A stretch of 64,000 nt of DNA from contig CAZJCG010000019.1 of the NCBI GenBank assembly GCA_964544545.1, positions 3,031 to 67,030 of the forward strand, written 5' to 3'. The notes below the pieces were generated by a model. That model was given only the letters and a program-made list of their open reading frames with translations. It did no database searches and had not been told where the DNA came from. The DNA is from an uncultured Lentimicrobiaceae bacterium (GTDB lineage: Bacteria > Bacteroidota > Bacteroidia > Bacteroidales > UBA4417). Shown here in pieces: positions 20,262 through 30,089 of the stretch (positions are counted from its first letter, which is position 1; the number at the start of each line of letters is the position of its first letter). The translations under genes were made by a program, and so were the position numbers.

Positions 20262-20491
20262 TCCTTCCCAAAATACCTGTACCTGAGGGTACAACTATGC
20301 CGCAACAGCGCAGAGCCTGAATTCCGGTATATTCCATTTGCAAACCGGAACTTGGCCATGTGTTGTTGCGGTTCTTGTTTCTTGTATCATACCGGCGCAT
20401 TGAACAAAATATTACCGGATAGGTTTCTTAAAAGAACAGCATATATGCAATAAACTGCATACATTCTGGTTTTATACAAAACTTACCACTG

Positions 20492-21208
20492 ATGACAAAT
20501 ATAGCTCCGAAGTATCTGCTGCTTTTCCTGGTATCAGCCTTAGCAGGTCTTGTTTCCTGCACGCATGATCCTGAACTTACAGTTACTCCTGTTCCGGATG
20601 ACACAACCAGTATCATCACATCGTCGTGTGATCCCGATACGGTATACTTTGTACAGCAAGTACTCCCGCTCATGCAGTCGGGTTGCGCCAAAAGCGGCTG
20701 TCATGATGCCGGCACACATGAGGAGGGAGTAATCCTGGATTCCTATTCTTCCATTGTAGCAACCGGTGGCCTCAATATCTCAGAGCCAACAAAGAGCAAG
20801 ATCTACAAGATGATGGTGAGAACCGATGATGAGCGGATGCCACCGCCTCCTGCACCTGCCTTCACAGCCGAACAGCGGTCACTCATCTCAACATGGATCG
20901 GACAGGGTGCCAGGAATAACAGTTGCGTTGAAAGCGGTTGCGATACGACCAATGTGGCTTATTCCACCAACATCAAACCGCTCATTGCCAATAACTGCCT
21001 GGGATGCCATTCCGGTTCCAACCCGGGTGGCGGCATCGGACTTTCCACGTTTCAGGATGTAAGAGCCATCGCTGATAACGGGAAGCTCTTCGGAACTATC
21101 AATCACCTCCCGGGCTTCAGCCCGATGCCCCGCAACGGCAACAAACTTTCCGATTGCCAGATCAGGATGGTGACACTCTGGATCAACCAGGGCGCACCAA
21201 ACAACTAG
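20492..21208 (+). CDS. Lipoprotein with two cytochrome-c-type haem-binding motifs
   Basis: Lipobox LVSC (Cys23). First motif is CAKSGCH (CX4CH) and the second is CLGCH (CX2CH). Each lies in a repeat resembling the Planctomycete-type cytochrome c domain. Confidence 0.5.
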   Translation: MTNIAPKYLLLFLVSALAGLVSCTHDPELTVTPVPDDTTSIITSSCDPDTVYFVQQVLPLMQSGCAKSGCHDAGTHEEGVILDSYSSIVATGGLNISEPTKSKIYKMMVRTDDERMPPPPAPAFTAEQRSLISTWIGQGARNNSCVESGCDTTNVAYSTNIKPLIANNCLGCHSGSNPGGGIGLSTFQDVRAIADNGKLFGTINHLPGFSPMPRNGNKLSDCQIRMVTLWINQGAPNN

Positions 21209-21215
21209 CGCATTA

Positions 21216-23807
21216 TCAGGCAGGATAAAACATCAGTTGATCGTTACCGGCATCAATCCGGATCATTTTTCCGGTAGAAATCTCCCCGGAGAGGATCAGT
21301 TTTGACAGGCGGTTCAGAACCTCCCGCTGGATCACACGTTTCAGCGGACGGGCGCCGTACGCGGGATCATATCCTGCCGATGCCAGGAATTCAATAGCCC
21401 TTTCAGTAAGATCGATACGTATCTGGCTCTTTTCGAGCATTCCGGCGAGCTGCGACAACTGAAGCCGGACAATTTCGGAAATTTCTTTCCTGCTTAGCGG
21501 CTGGAACATGATGATCTCATCGATCCTGTTCAGGAACTCAGGACGGATGGTCGTCTTCAACATTTCCATTACTTCAGTACGGGTCTGTTCCAGTATCTTT
21601 TCCCTGTTGCCTTCATTCAGTTGTCCGAACCGTTCCTGGATCAGTTGCGAACCGATATTGGAGGTCATGATGATAATGGTATTCCGGAAATCAGCCGTAC
21701 GGCCTTTATTATCCGTAAGCCTTCCGTCGTCCAGCACCTGGAGCAGGATATTGAACACGTCTGGATGAGCTTTTTCCATCTCATCGAACAACACCACACT
21801 GTATGGTTTCCTCCTGACTTTTTCGGTTAGCTGGCCACCTTCATCGTAACCAACATACCCCGGAGGCGCCCCGACCAGTCTGGAAACAGTATGCCGTTCC
21901 TGGTATTCACTCATATCGATCCTGACCATTGCGTTCTCATCGTTGAACATGTATTCGGCCAAGGCTTTGGCCAGTTCCGTTTTCCCGACCCCCGTAGTAC
22001 CCAGGAAAATGAACGACCCTACAGGTCTTTTCTCGTCCTGCAGTCCGGCCCTGCTCCTCCGGATGGCATTGGCAATGGCTTCAATTGCTTCGTCCTGGCC
22101 GATCACACGTTTATGCAGTTCATCTTCCAGATGGAGCAACTTCTCCCTCTCGCTCTGCATCATCCTGCTGACCGGAATACCCGTCCAGCGGGAGACGATC
22201 TCGGCAATCTCTTCAGCACCAACTTCTTCCTTTATCAGGGCCGAATGCACCTGGAGCTCATCCAACTGAGCTTTCAACTGTTCCAGCTTGTTTTCCGACT
22301 CCTTGATCTTTCCGTAGCGCAGTTCAGCAACTCTGCCGAAATTCCCTTCACGCTCAGCCTGTTCTGCCTCAAACCTGAACCGTTCAATACTCTTCTTCTG
22401 TTGCTGTATCCCTTCGACTACAGCCTTTTCTGCCTGCCATTTAGCCTTAACCTGGTTCCTTTCCGACTCGAGATTGGCGATCTCCGAGCCCAACTGGCTA
22501 AGCTTGGTTTCATCCTTTTCACGCTTAATAGCTTCCCGCTCTATTTCCAGTTGCCGTATCCTCCTCTCGAGTTCATCCAGTTCTTCCGGCACAGAATTGA
22601 TCTCCAGCCTTAGTTTTGAAGCAGCCTCATCGATCAGGTCTATAGCCTTGTCGGGGAGGAAACGGTCGGTGATATAGCGCTGCGAGAGTTCAACAGCCGC
22701 AATGATGGCTTCGTCCTTGATCCTTACCTGATGATGGGTTTCATACCTTTCCTTCAGTCCCCGTAATATAGAGATGGCATCGATGGCTGCCGGTTCATCC
22801 ACCATGACGATCTGGAACCGGCGTTCCAGGGCCTTATCTTTTTCGAAATACTTCTGGTATTCTTTCAATGTTGTAGCCCCGACGGCACGCAGTTCCCCAC
22901 GGGCAAGGGCTGGTTTCAGGATATTGGCTGCATCCATAGCGCCTTCGGATGCCCCGGCACCTACAAGGGTATGGATCTCGTCGATAAAAAGCACAACCTC
23001 TCCATCCGAAGCGATTACTTCCTTCACCACACTCTTCAACCGCTCTTCAAATTCTCCCTTGTATTTAGCGCCTGCTATCAACGCGCCCATGTCGAGCGAA
23101 AATATCTGTTTCGACTTCAGGTTTTCAGGCACATCGCCATTGATGATACGATGCGCCAGTCCTTCGGCAATAGCGGTCTTTCCGACACCTGGTTCTCCGA
23201 TCAGGATAGGGTTGTTTTTGGTTCTCCTTGTAAGTATCTGCAAAATACGCCTGATCTCCTCGTCGCGGCCGATCACCGGATCGAGCTTGCCCGAACGGGC
23301 CAGCTCATTGAGGTTGCGGGCATATTTCGAAAGTGCATTATAGGTATCCTCGGCAGTTGCGCTCTTCACCGGACTGTCCTTACGCAGGTCAAGGATGGCG
23401 GCCTTCAGATCCTTTTCCGTTACACCCTGACTTTTAAGCATGGAGGATGTGGCGTCGCCGGCTGCGAGTATCCCGGCAACCAGCAATTCGATCGAGACAA
23501 ACTCATCACCATAGTCCATCAACAGGGATACAGCCTTTTGAAGGGCTTTGGAAGCTGCCGGCGATAGATATTGCTCTCCTCCGTCAACTTTGGGTAATGC
23601 CTGTAAAATACGTTCCGTTTCACGGTTAACGTGTGCGGGATCAATTCCCATTTTATGCAACAGGAATGGAAATATGTTATCGTCAGCTGCCTGTATGCCT
23701 TTGAGCAGGTGAGCGGTTTCAATAGCCTGATGGTGTGCAGCCTCAGCAATATTCTGTGCCTGCTGAACAGCTTCCTGGGCTTTCAGAGTGAAATTCGAGA
23801 AATTCAT
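21216..23807 (-). CDS. clpB: ATP-dependent chaperone/disaggregase ClpB
   Basis: The ORF opens with TTG at 23897; M31 (MNFSNFTLKAQEAV, position from ORF arithmetic) is preferred. Two AAA+ modules (GEPGVGKTAI/LFIDEIH and GTTGVGKTELAK/VLFDEMEKAH) flank a long coiled-coil middle domain. Confidence 0.9.
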   Translation of the reverse strand: MNFSNFTLKAQEAVQQAQNIAEAAHHQAIETAHLLKGIQAADDNIFPFLLHKMGIDPAHVNRETERILQALPKVDGGEQYLSPAASKALQKAVSLLMDYGDEFVSIELLVAGILAAGDATSSMLKSQGVTEKDLKAAILDLRKDSPVKSATAEDTYNALSKYARNLNELARSGKLDPVIGRDEEIRRILQILTRRTKNNPILIGEPGVGKTAIAEGLAHRIINGDVPENLKSKQIFSLDMGALIAGAKYKGEFEERLKSVVKEVIASDGEVVLFIDEIHTLVGAGASEGAMDAANILKPALARGELRAVGATTLKEYQKYFEKDKALERRFQIVMVDEPAAIDAISILRGLKERYETHHQVRIKDEAIIAAVELSQRYITDRFLPDKAIDLIDEAASKLRLEINSVPEELDELERRIRQLEIEREAIKREKDETKLSQLGSEIANLESERNQVKAKWQAEKAVVEGIQQQKKSIERFRFEAEQAEREGNFGRVAELRYGKIKESENKLEQLKAQLDELQVHSALIKEEVGAEEIAEIVSRWTGIPVSRMMQSEREKLLHLEDELHKRVIGQDEAIEAIANAIRRSRAGLQDEKRPVGSFIFLGTTGVGKTELAKALAEYMFNDENAMVRIDMSEYQERHTVSRLVGAPPGYVGYDEGGQLTEKVRRKPYSVVLFDEMEKAHPDVFNILLQVLDDGRLTDNKGRTADFRNTIIIMTSNIGSQLIQERFGQLNEGNREKILEQTRTEVMEMLKTTIRPEFLNRIDEIIMFQPLSRKEISEIVRLQLSQLAGMLEKSQIRIDLTERAIEFLASAGYDPAYGARPLKRVIQREVLNRLSKLILSGEISTGKMIRIDAGNDQLMFYPA

Positions 23808-23967
23808 AGTAACTTGTTTTAAGTCCACCCTGTCCATCAAAATCAGTTCCACCTGAAGATTTGTATGGAAATGAGTCATTTTGACACTGAATATCAAGCT
23901 GTTACTGACGCATTGACAGGTATAATATCCCTTTTGGCAGGTAAATGGCTAAAGGGAGCAATGGTTC

Positions 23968-24830
23968 ATAATAAAAGACAAAAGATAAAAGGCAAAAGAT
24001 AAAAGATAAAAGACAGATGGAATTTGAGAATGTAAGAATTAGTTAATTCGGCGATTAGCTAATTAGCTGATTAGTCAATGAAGTATAAAAGAGCCTTCTA
24101 TGAAAGAACTATGTCACGAATGACTAAGAATGATCCGCCAGCCGGCGGAAATGGCTATGAATGACTATGAATGTCAAGGAGTGACATCTCACAACTTCCC
24201 AGCCCTTCGCCCTTCGCTCTCTGCTTCTTAAAGATAAAAGGGTTCTCGCAGATTACGCTGACGAATACGCAGATGAACGCTGATAGTATTATTTTTTCTG
24301 CGATAATCTGCGCTATTTTTCTGCGGAATCAGCGAGAAATAAATGAGAAGAAAGATAAAAGATAAAAAGCAAAAGATAAAAGATAGGATGAAATTTGAGA
24401 ATGTAAGAATTAGCTGATTAGTTGATTAGCTGATTAGTTGATGGAGTATAAAATCGTGACAGGTTCTGTAATACTTCTCTCTCTTTAGGTTCTCGCAGAT
24501 GTCGCAGATTGTAGCGCAGATAAACGCTGATGAGTATATTCTATCTGCGAAAATCTGCGTTTTTTTCTGCGGAATCAGCGAGAAATAAACTTGAAAAAAG
24601 ATAAAAGACAAAAGGCAAAAGATAGAAGACACTTTCTTTGCCCTAAGCCATACGCTCTCTGCTAAAGATAAAAGACAAAAGGCAAAAGATAAAAGAACTT
24701 ACGATGAATGATCCGCCAGCCGGCGGAAATGGCTATGAATGACCATCGAATGGCTATGAATGGCCAAGAGTGACATTTCACAACTTCCCAGCCCTTCGCT
24801 CTCTGCTCTCTGCTTCATAGTAGAAAATGA
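23968..24830. repeat. Mosaic intergenic repeat array (modules A-E reused in different orders)
   Basis: GGTTCTCGCAGAT...AACGCTGAT...TCTGCG...TTTTTCTGCGGAATCAGCGAGAAATAAA occurs at 24241 and 24488. TGATCCGCCAGCCGGCGGAAATGGCTATGAATGAC occurs at 24131 and 24709. AATTTGAGAATGTAAGAATTAG occurs at 24021 and 24392. CAACTTCCCAGCCCTTCGC occurs at about 24192 and 24781. Purine-rich AAAGA(T/C)AAAAG runs appear at least five times. Confidence 0.8.
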
Positions 24831-24878
24831 GCGATGAATTTAATATGAGTCGGGTGAGAGATGGCAATGCATCTTTTC

Positions 24879-26114
24879 CTATTTCTTCTTCCCAGACTTC
24901 TTCCTGGATTCAAACGCCTCATTTTCACGTATAAGAGATTTCCAATCATAATCAGCAACATTTGAGAAGTCAAGCGTTTCGGCGTGTTCCTCCCGGCTGA
25001 TTTTCATCTCGCGTATCTCTTTTCCGATATGCTCAGTAATGGCTTCCAGGAGGACGGCTTCTTCGGGTGAACAAAATGATACAGCGTGCCCCCGGTGCGT
25101 CCCGCGTCCAGTGCGGCCTATCCGGTGTACATAATTCTCCGGTTTTTCAGGCAGATCATAGTTCACCACGAACTCCACATTAGGGATATCAATCCCCCTT
25201 GCACTGACATCCGTGGCGATCAGCACGGTGACCGATCCTTCCCTGAATTGTTTTAAAACCGACATACGCTGTGGCTGGTCCATATCGCCATGCAGTGTCT
25301 GACTTTTGATGCCTGCCCGTTCCATCGCCAGCGATACCCTTCCCGCCCGAACCTTGGTCCGGACAAAGACAAGGATCTTGCTCTCCGGGTTTTCACGGAT
25401 CAACCTTTCCAGGAAGAAACGTTTTTCATCCATAGAAATGTAAGCGACTGAATGATCCACATTCTTTGAGACCGGGTCTTTGGGCGAAACCTGGATCCGG
25501 ATCGGATTTTTCACCAGGGAATAGGCAAGCTTTTTTATCTCCGGATTGATAGTAGCCGAAAAGTAAAGGGTCTGACGCTTGGCAGGCAGCATCCGCACCA
25601 GTTGCCTCACATCCTTAATAAAGCCCAGGTCAAGCATATGATCGGCCTCATCGAGTATCAGTATCTCGACAGCATTCAAGTGAATATATCCCTGGCTGGC
25701 AAGGTCGAACATTCTGCCCGGAGTTGCCACGAGGACATCTGCTCCGCCAATCAATGCCGATATCTGCGTATCCTGCTCCACACCGCCGAAAACACATGAC
25801 ACCTTCAGCCCTGATCGTTTGCCCAGCATACTGAATACTTCCGAGATCTGCAAGGCGAGTTCCCGTGTCGGAACCATGACCACACATCGGAGACCGGTTT
25901 TGTTGTCAGTTCTTTTACGGCTTTCGAGCAGCTGGATCACCGGAATGGCAAAAGCTGCCGTCTTTCCGGTTCCGGTTTGTGCGATGGCAAGTACATCCTC
26001 TCCTTTCAGGATGGGAGGTATGGCTTTATACTGAATATCTGTCGGACGGGTGAATCCTGCTTCGCGGATGCACTCGTGCAAAGCGGGACTGAATGTATAA
26101 GATGAGAACTTCAT
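24879..26114 (-). CDS. DEAD-box ATP-dependent RNA helicase
   Basis: 411 aa with Q motif, AQTGTGKTAAF, DEAD (ILDEADHML), SAT and HRIGRTGRG, plus a basic C-terminal tail. Confidence 0.9.
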   Translation of the reverse strand: MKFSSYTFSPALHECIREAGFTRPTDIQYKAIPPILKGEDVLAIAQTGTGKTAAFAIPVIQLLESRKRTDNKTGLRCVVMVPTRELALQISEVFSMLGKRSGLKVSCVFGGVEQDTQISALIGGADVLVATPGRMFDLASQGYIHLNAVEILILDEADHMLDLGFIKDVRQLVRMLPAKRQTLYFSATINPEIKKLAYSLVKNPIRIQVSPKDPVSKNVDHSVAYISMDEKRFFLERLIRENPESKILVFVRTKVRAGRVSLAMERAGIKSQTLHGDMDQPQRMSVLKQFREGSVTVLIATDVSARGIDIPNVEFVVNYDLPEKPENYVHRIGRTGRGTHRGHAVSFCSPEEAVLLEAITEHIGKEIREMKISREEHAETLDFSNVADYDWKSLIRENEAFESRKKSGKKK

Positions 26115-26227
26115 CAGGGAGTGAATTTCGGCAAAGATACAGCCGGAACTGCATAAAAATACTGATTCTTCAGCGAATGTTAATACCTTTACCGACTGAG
26201 TAAGGCAACGACCACTAACCAGTACCT

Positions 26228-27025
26228 ATGAATCGCTTTGCAGGAAAAACTGCCTGGATTACCGGAGCCTCCTCCGGGATCGGAGAAGCGTTGGCATACA
26301 ACCTGGCCCGCCAGGGGTGCCGCCTGATCCTTTCGTCAAACCAGCCCGAAGAACTCAGTCGCGTCTGTAGCACAGCTACTTCCATGGGAGCAACCTGCAA
26401 ACCGGTTGTATTTGACCTGTCAGAAGCAGATAGCATCGCTGAAATCGTGGAAAAAGTCCTCGAAGAATACCCGGTCATTGATTTCCTTTTCAATAACGGT
26501 GGAATGAGCCAGCGCTCGCTGGTGCTTGAGACTCCTCTTGTCAACGACCGCAGGATCATGGAGATCAATTATTTTTCCAACATTGCTCTCACAAAAGCAT
26601 TGCTGCCATCTATGATCAACCAGGGAGGCGGTCATATAGCCGTTACATCGAGTTTGTCGGGTTTGTTCGGCTTTCCGCTCCGTTCAGCCTATTGCGCCTC
26701 CAAACATGCCCTGCACGGCTTCTATGAAACCCTCAGGATCGAACACAAGAAAGAAAACATCCGTGTAACTCTGGCCTGTCCCGACCGGGTAAAGACCCAG
26801 ATTTCGATGAATGCTCTGGCTGCCAACGGGAAAGAATATGGAAAAATGGATGTACGACAGGATAAAGGCATCAGTGCCGATCAATGCGCGAAAGCGATCC
26901 TGAAAGCAGTCAGGAAGAACAGGTTTATCGTATTGATCGGCGGAGCCGAACGGTTTTCGGTTTACCTGAAACGGTATTTCCCGTGGTTGTTTTACCGCAT
27001 GATTGGCAATGTTAAACCCACCTGA
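26228..27025 (+). CDS. Short-chain dehydrogenase/reductase (SDR) family oxidoreductase
   Basis: 265 aa with TGASSGIGEA (TGxxxGxG) and YCASKHAL (YxxxK). Confidence 0.85.
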   Translation: MNRFAGKTAWITGASSGIGEALAYNLARQGCRLILSSNQPEELSRVCSTATSMGATCKPVVFDLSEADSIAEIVEKVLEEYPVIDFLFNNGGMSQRSLVLETPLVNDRRIMEINYFSNIALTKALLPSMINQGGGHIAVTSSLSGLFGFPLRSAYCASKHALHGFYETLRIEHKKENIRVTLACPDRVKTQISMNALAANGKEYGKMDVRQDKGISADQCAKAILKAVRKNRFIVLIGGAERFSVYLKRYFPWLFYRMIGNVKPT

Positions 27026-27075
27026 TCCCGGAAGTGTCGACGATCAGAATTATAACAATAAAACACTAACTTTCA

Positions 27076-28152
27076 ATGAAATACATCCGGGCAATCCAGC
27101 AGGTTGGAATAGGCGTCAGGAGTGTACATGCATCCTGGAAATGGTACAGGGAAGCTTTCGGAGTTGATATCCGGATCTTCGAAGAAGAGGCTGTTGCTGC
27201 TCTTATGTTACCCTATACCGGCGGCAAACCACAGAAAAGGCATGCGGCGCTTGCAATCAGCATTCAGGGTGGCGGAGGATTCGAAATCTGGAATTATACG
27301 GAACGCACACCCCAGCCACCGGCATTTGAGGTACAGATTGGTGACCTTGGAATTTATACGGTCAAGATCAAATCGACCGACGTTAAAGCTGCTCACTCCT
27401 TTCATGCAGCAAAGGGTTTTCAGGTCACTCCTTTGCTCACGGCTCCCGATGGCGCCGATCGTTATTTCCTGAAAGATCCCGAAAACAACTATTTTGAGAT
27501 CGTGCCCTGCCCTTCCTACTATCTTGATGAAGGAAAACCTACCGGAGCGGTATATGGAGTTACAATTGGGGTCAGCGACATCGATGCCTCCCGTAAAGTA
27601 TATTCGGAATTACTGGGATACGACCAGGTTGTTTACGATAAAAGCGGCATCTTTGAGGACTATACCGATTTACCCGGAGGAAAATCCCGCTTCAGGAGGG
27701 TACTGCTGAACCACTCTGATTTAAAAAAGGGCAGTTTCAGTAAATTGCTGGGACCGACACAGCTCGAACTGGTGCAGGTGCTCGATCGTCCCGCCCGGAA
27801 GATCTTTGAGAACCGTTTCTGGGGTGACCTGGGATTCATTCACCTTTGTTTTGATATAAGCGGCATGCGCACCTTAAGGGAAGAATGCAAGGCCGCAGGG
27901 TTCCCGTTTACGGTTGACAGCCTTGAGTCGCACCAGGCCGAAGTGTTCGACATGGGCGAAGCTGCAGGCCACTTCGCTTACATTGCCGATCCCGACGGGA
28001 CGCTCATTGAGTTTGTGGAAACGCTTAAAGTGCCAATATTCAAGAAATTCGGGATATATCTTAATCTGGCCAAAAGGCATTACCTGAAATCACTCCCTGA
28101 TTATATTATCAAATCTTTACGCTTCAATCGTTTCAAGGAAGTACATGGATAA
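27076..28152 (+). CDS. Two-domain VOC (glyoxalase/bleomycin resistance/dioxygenase) family protein
   Basis: 358 aa with two repeats of a VOC-like fold (QQVGIGVRSV... and GVTIGVSDIDASRKVY...). Substrate unknown. Confidence 0.6.
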   Translation: MKYIRAIQQVGIGVRSVHASWKWYREAFGVDIRIFEEEAVAALMLPYTGGKPQKRHAALAISIQGGGGFEIWNYTERTPQPPAFEVQIGDLGIYTVKIKSTDVKAAHSFHAAKGFQVTPLLTAPDGADRYFLKDPENNYFEIVPCPSYYLDEGKPTGAVYGVTIGVSDIDASRKVYSELLGYDQVVYDKSGIFEDYTDLPGGKSRFRRVLLNHSDLKKGSFSKLLGPTQLELVQVLDRPARKIFENRFWGDLGFIHLCFDISGMRTLREECKAAGFPFTVDSLESHQAEVFDMGEAAGHFAYIADPDGTLIEFVETLKVPIFKKFGIYLNLAKRHYLKSLPDYIIKSLRFNRFKEVHG

Positions 28153-28597
28153 AACCGCAATCAAATTACGGCTGGTGGATACCTGCCGGAAAAAGTTGCT
28201 GGAAAACATTGCAAGTCTGGAAGCGGCCATGGCTGAGGCACAACAACAGGCCAACGAGTACGGTCCGCCGAAAGACCGTTATGATGCTTTCAGAAGCCAG
28301 TTGATGAGGCGACGTGACATGATGGCACAGCAACTCGATAAAGAACTTTTATCCCTGAAAGCGCTGGACCGTATCGATGCATCCAAACTCATGGACATCG
28401 CCGGTTTCGGTGCCATAGTCACCACACCGGATCAAAACTATTTCATATCGGTTGGTATCGGTAAGATCGATTTACCTGAATTCCCCTGCCTGGCCGCTTC
28501 GCCCATGGTACCAATCTGTCAGGCACTGATGGGCAAAAAAACCGGAGACCTGGCTGATTTCAGGGGAACAAAAATCAGGATCTACGAAGTATTCTGA
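28145..28597 (+). CDS. GreA/GreB-family-like protein (coiled coil plus C-terminal FKBP-like domain)
   Basis: 150 aa. It overlaps the upstream gene by 8 nt. The C-terminus ASPMVPICQALMGKKTGDLADFRGTKIRIYEV resembles the GreA C-terminal domain. Confidence 0.5.
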   Translation: MDKTAIKLRLVDTCRKKLLENIASLEAAMAEAQQQANEYGPPKDRYDAFRSQLMRRRDMMAQQLDKELLSLKALDRIDASKLMDIAGFGAIVTTPDQNYFISVGIGKIDLPEFPCLAASPMVPICQALMGKKTGDLADFRGTKIRIYEVF

Positions 28598-28790
28598 TTT
28601 TGGCACTCATATACCATCAGCAGGGCCAGGTTTGTCAGGAACCTATCTGTTGTATTGCCCTGATTGCCGTTGCGGACCGGCATGCTGATAATTCAAAACG
28701 TAAGAATGTCAGGAACGAATCCAAAACGGAAAAATTACATCTCCATTAAAAGTCAGCGAGTGAAACCGCGATTGATGCTGCATGACAGTC

Positions 28791-29585
28791 TCACGCTCCG
28801 TCACTGCCTGGCTCAGTGGAGCTCAGCGAGGCCGCATTCAGTTTGATGAGATAACGGATCTTGTTCTGGAAGATGCCTGACTTGAGACCGGGCTCCAGCA
28901 TTGCTCTTCCGATGCAGTATTTACTCAGGCCTGTCCCGTGCACTCCGTTCTTCTTCAGCAGCATCTCAAAACCGGGATTACCTTGGGGGGCACCCGACTT
29001 GATTTCAATGATCACTATTGCGGGCAGTTGAACTACCGCCCGGTCATTCCTGAACTCAAGTCCAATATCTATTGTTATCCGTTCCGACAAAGACCTGTTC
29101 ACCAGAGTGATCCGGTGGAAGCGATTGACGAGTTTCATTTCCAGCCGGCTCATCCTGTATGGAGTCACGGAGCGGATGAACTGCTCGCCAAAGGCGTAAT
29201 CCACCTTGCTGCCTTTGAATTTCACCCGTTTCTTTTGAGTTCTTCCGTCAGGAACACGCTTTTTCACTTCCAGGTACTGCTCTCCCGATACTACATACTC
29301 CCGCATCCTCACCTTGAAACGGTTTGGCCGGCCATTGTGATGGGCAAAGTACATGGCATTTTCGGGCGTGTCGAAATACTCTGTGCGATACTCAAGTAGC
29401 CTGTGCCCGCTAATCTCCAATATCCGGTGATCCGGCAAGGCCTCTTTCAGGATGTACTTCAGCTTTCCAAGCGGCAAAACGAACTTTTTCTCCGACCGGC
29501 TGAGCAGATTTACCGGACTGAGTTCGCTGAGGCTTATCGCATCAAAGCCTGAAAGAATAGTATCAAGATCGGCAGGCAAAGTCAT
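28791..29585 (-). CDS. VTC-domain (polyphosphate polymerase-like, CYTH superfamily) protein
   Basis: 264 aa. LEYRTEYFDTPENAMYFAHHNGRPNRFKVRMREY and IIEIK are typical of bacterial VTC-domain proteins. Confidence 0.7.
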   Translation of the reverse strand: MTLPADLDTILSGFDAISLSELSPVNLLSRSEKKFVLPLGKLKYILKEALPDHRILEISGHRLLEYRTEYFDTPENAMYFAHHNGRPNRFKVRMREYVVSGEQYLEVKKRVPDGRTQKKRVKFKGSKVDYAFGEQFIRSVTPYRMSRLEMKLVNRFHRITLVNRSLSERITIDIGLEFRNDRAVVQLPAIVIIEIKSGAPQGNPGFEMLLKKNGVHGTGLSKYCIGRAMLEPGLKSGIFQNKIRYLIKLNAASLSSTEPGSDGA

Positions 29586-29598
29586 ACAACCCGGAAAT

Positions 29599-29994
29599 TT
29601 ACTTTACTATTATCAGGTCGTCCACCACGACTTCCTGGTTATTGGAAGTGATCTCAACCTCTTTGACGACGGCAATCAAGCCACCGGGAACGGTCTGTGT
29701 GGTGTCCTTCGAATAACAGAAGAGCTTGTATTTGCCCTTGCGCAGGTATTTGAACCGGTATGTTCCGTCGTAACTGGTTTTGAAAGAATCACTATAAACA
29801 TCATCGTCCCCGTAAATGATATACACCTCTTCATCGGGACCGTAATACCTGCTGTTGATGTGCGTAAACTCACTGTTGTAATTCAACACCCATACCTTTC
29901 CGGTAATACTCGAATTACCGCCTTCTCCGGCTTCTTTCTTGCATCCGGCAAAGAAGAGGATCAGCAAAGGCAGCAACAAAACAATTTTCTTCAT
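29599..29994 (-). CDS. Small lipoprotein, carboxypeptidase-regulatory-like beta-sandwich
   Basis: 131 aa. Lipobox FFAGC. GTYRFKYLRKGKYKLFCY resembles CarboxypepD_reg-like domains. Confidence 0.55.
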   Translation of the reverse strand: MKKIVLLLPLLILFFAGCKKEAGEGGNSSITGKVWVLNYNSEFTHINSRYYGPDEEVYIIYGDDDVYSDSFKTSYDGTYRFKYLRKGKYKLFCYSKDTTQTVPGGLIAVVKEVEITSNNQEVVVDDLIIVK

Positions 29995-30076
29995 GATGAT
30001 TTATTATGAGTAAAAAATTGGCACTAAACTACATATATTAATCATAGCTTTTCACTGCGAAAATAGTATGTTTTAA

Positions 30077-30089
30077 TAAGCGGGATTTA
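30077..30089. repeat. Target-site duplication, left copy (TAAGCGGGATTTA)
   Basis: The identical 13-mer recurs at 31395..31407, immediately outside the IS inverted repeats. Confidence 0.8.

Noticed and set aside
21891-22613. 240-aa ORF (plus 22774..23343 and 22971..23567) antisense to clpB
   Set aside because: These are shadow ORFs of a strongly supported AAA+ chaperone gene, with no independent coding evidence.
24171-24632. Small ORFs 24171..24365 (+) and 24426..24632 (-)
   Set aside because: They lie wholly within the mosaic repeats. Their peptides simply mirror the repeat words (for example KDKRQKAKDR), so they are not credible genes.
23968-24830. Possible CRISPR array
   Set aside because: The repeats have several different sequences and lengths and are re-ordered between copies. 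They lack constant repeat-spacer periodicity, and no cas genes are nearby.
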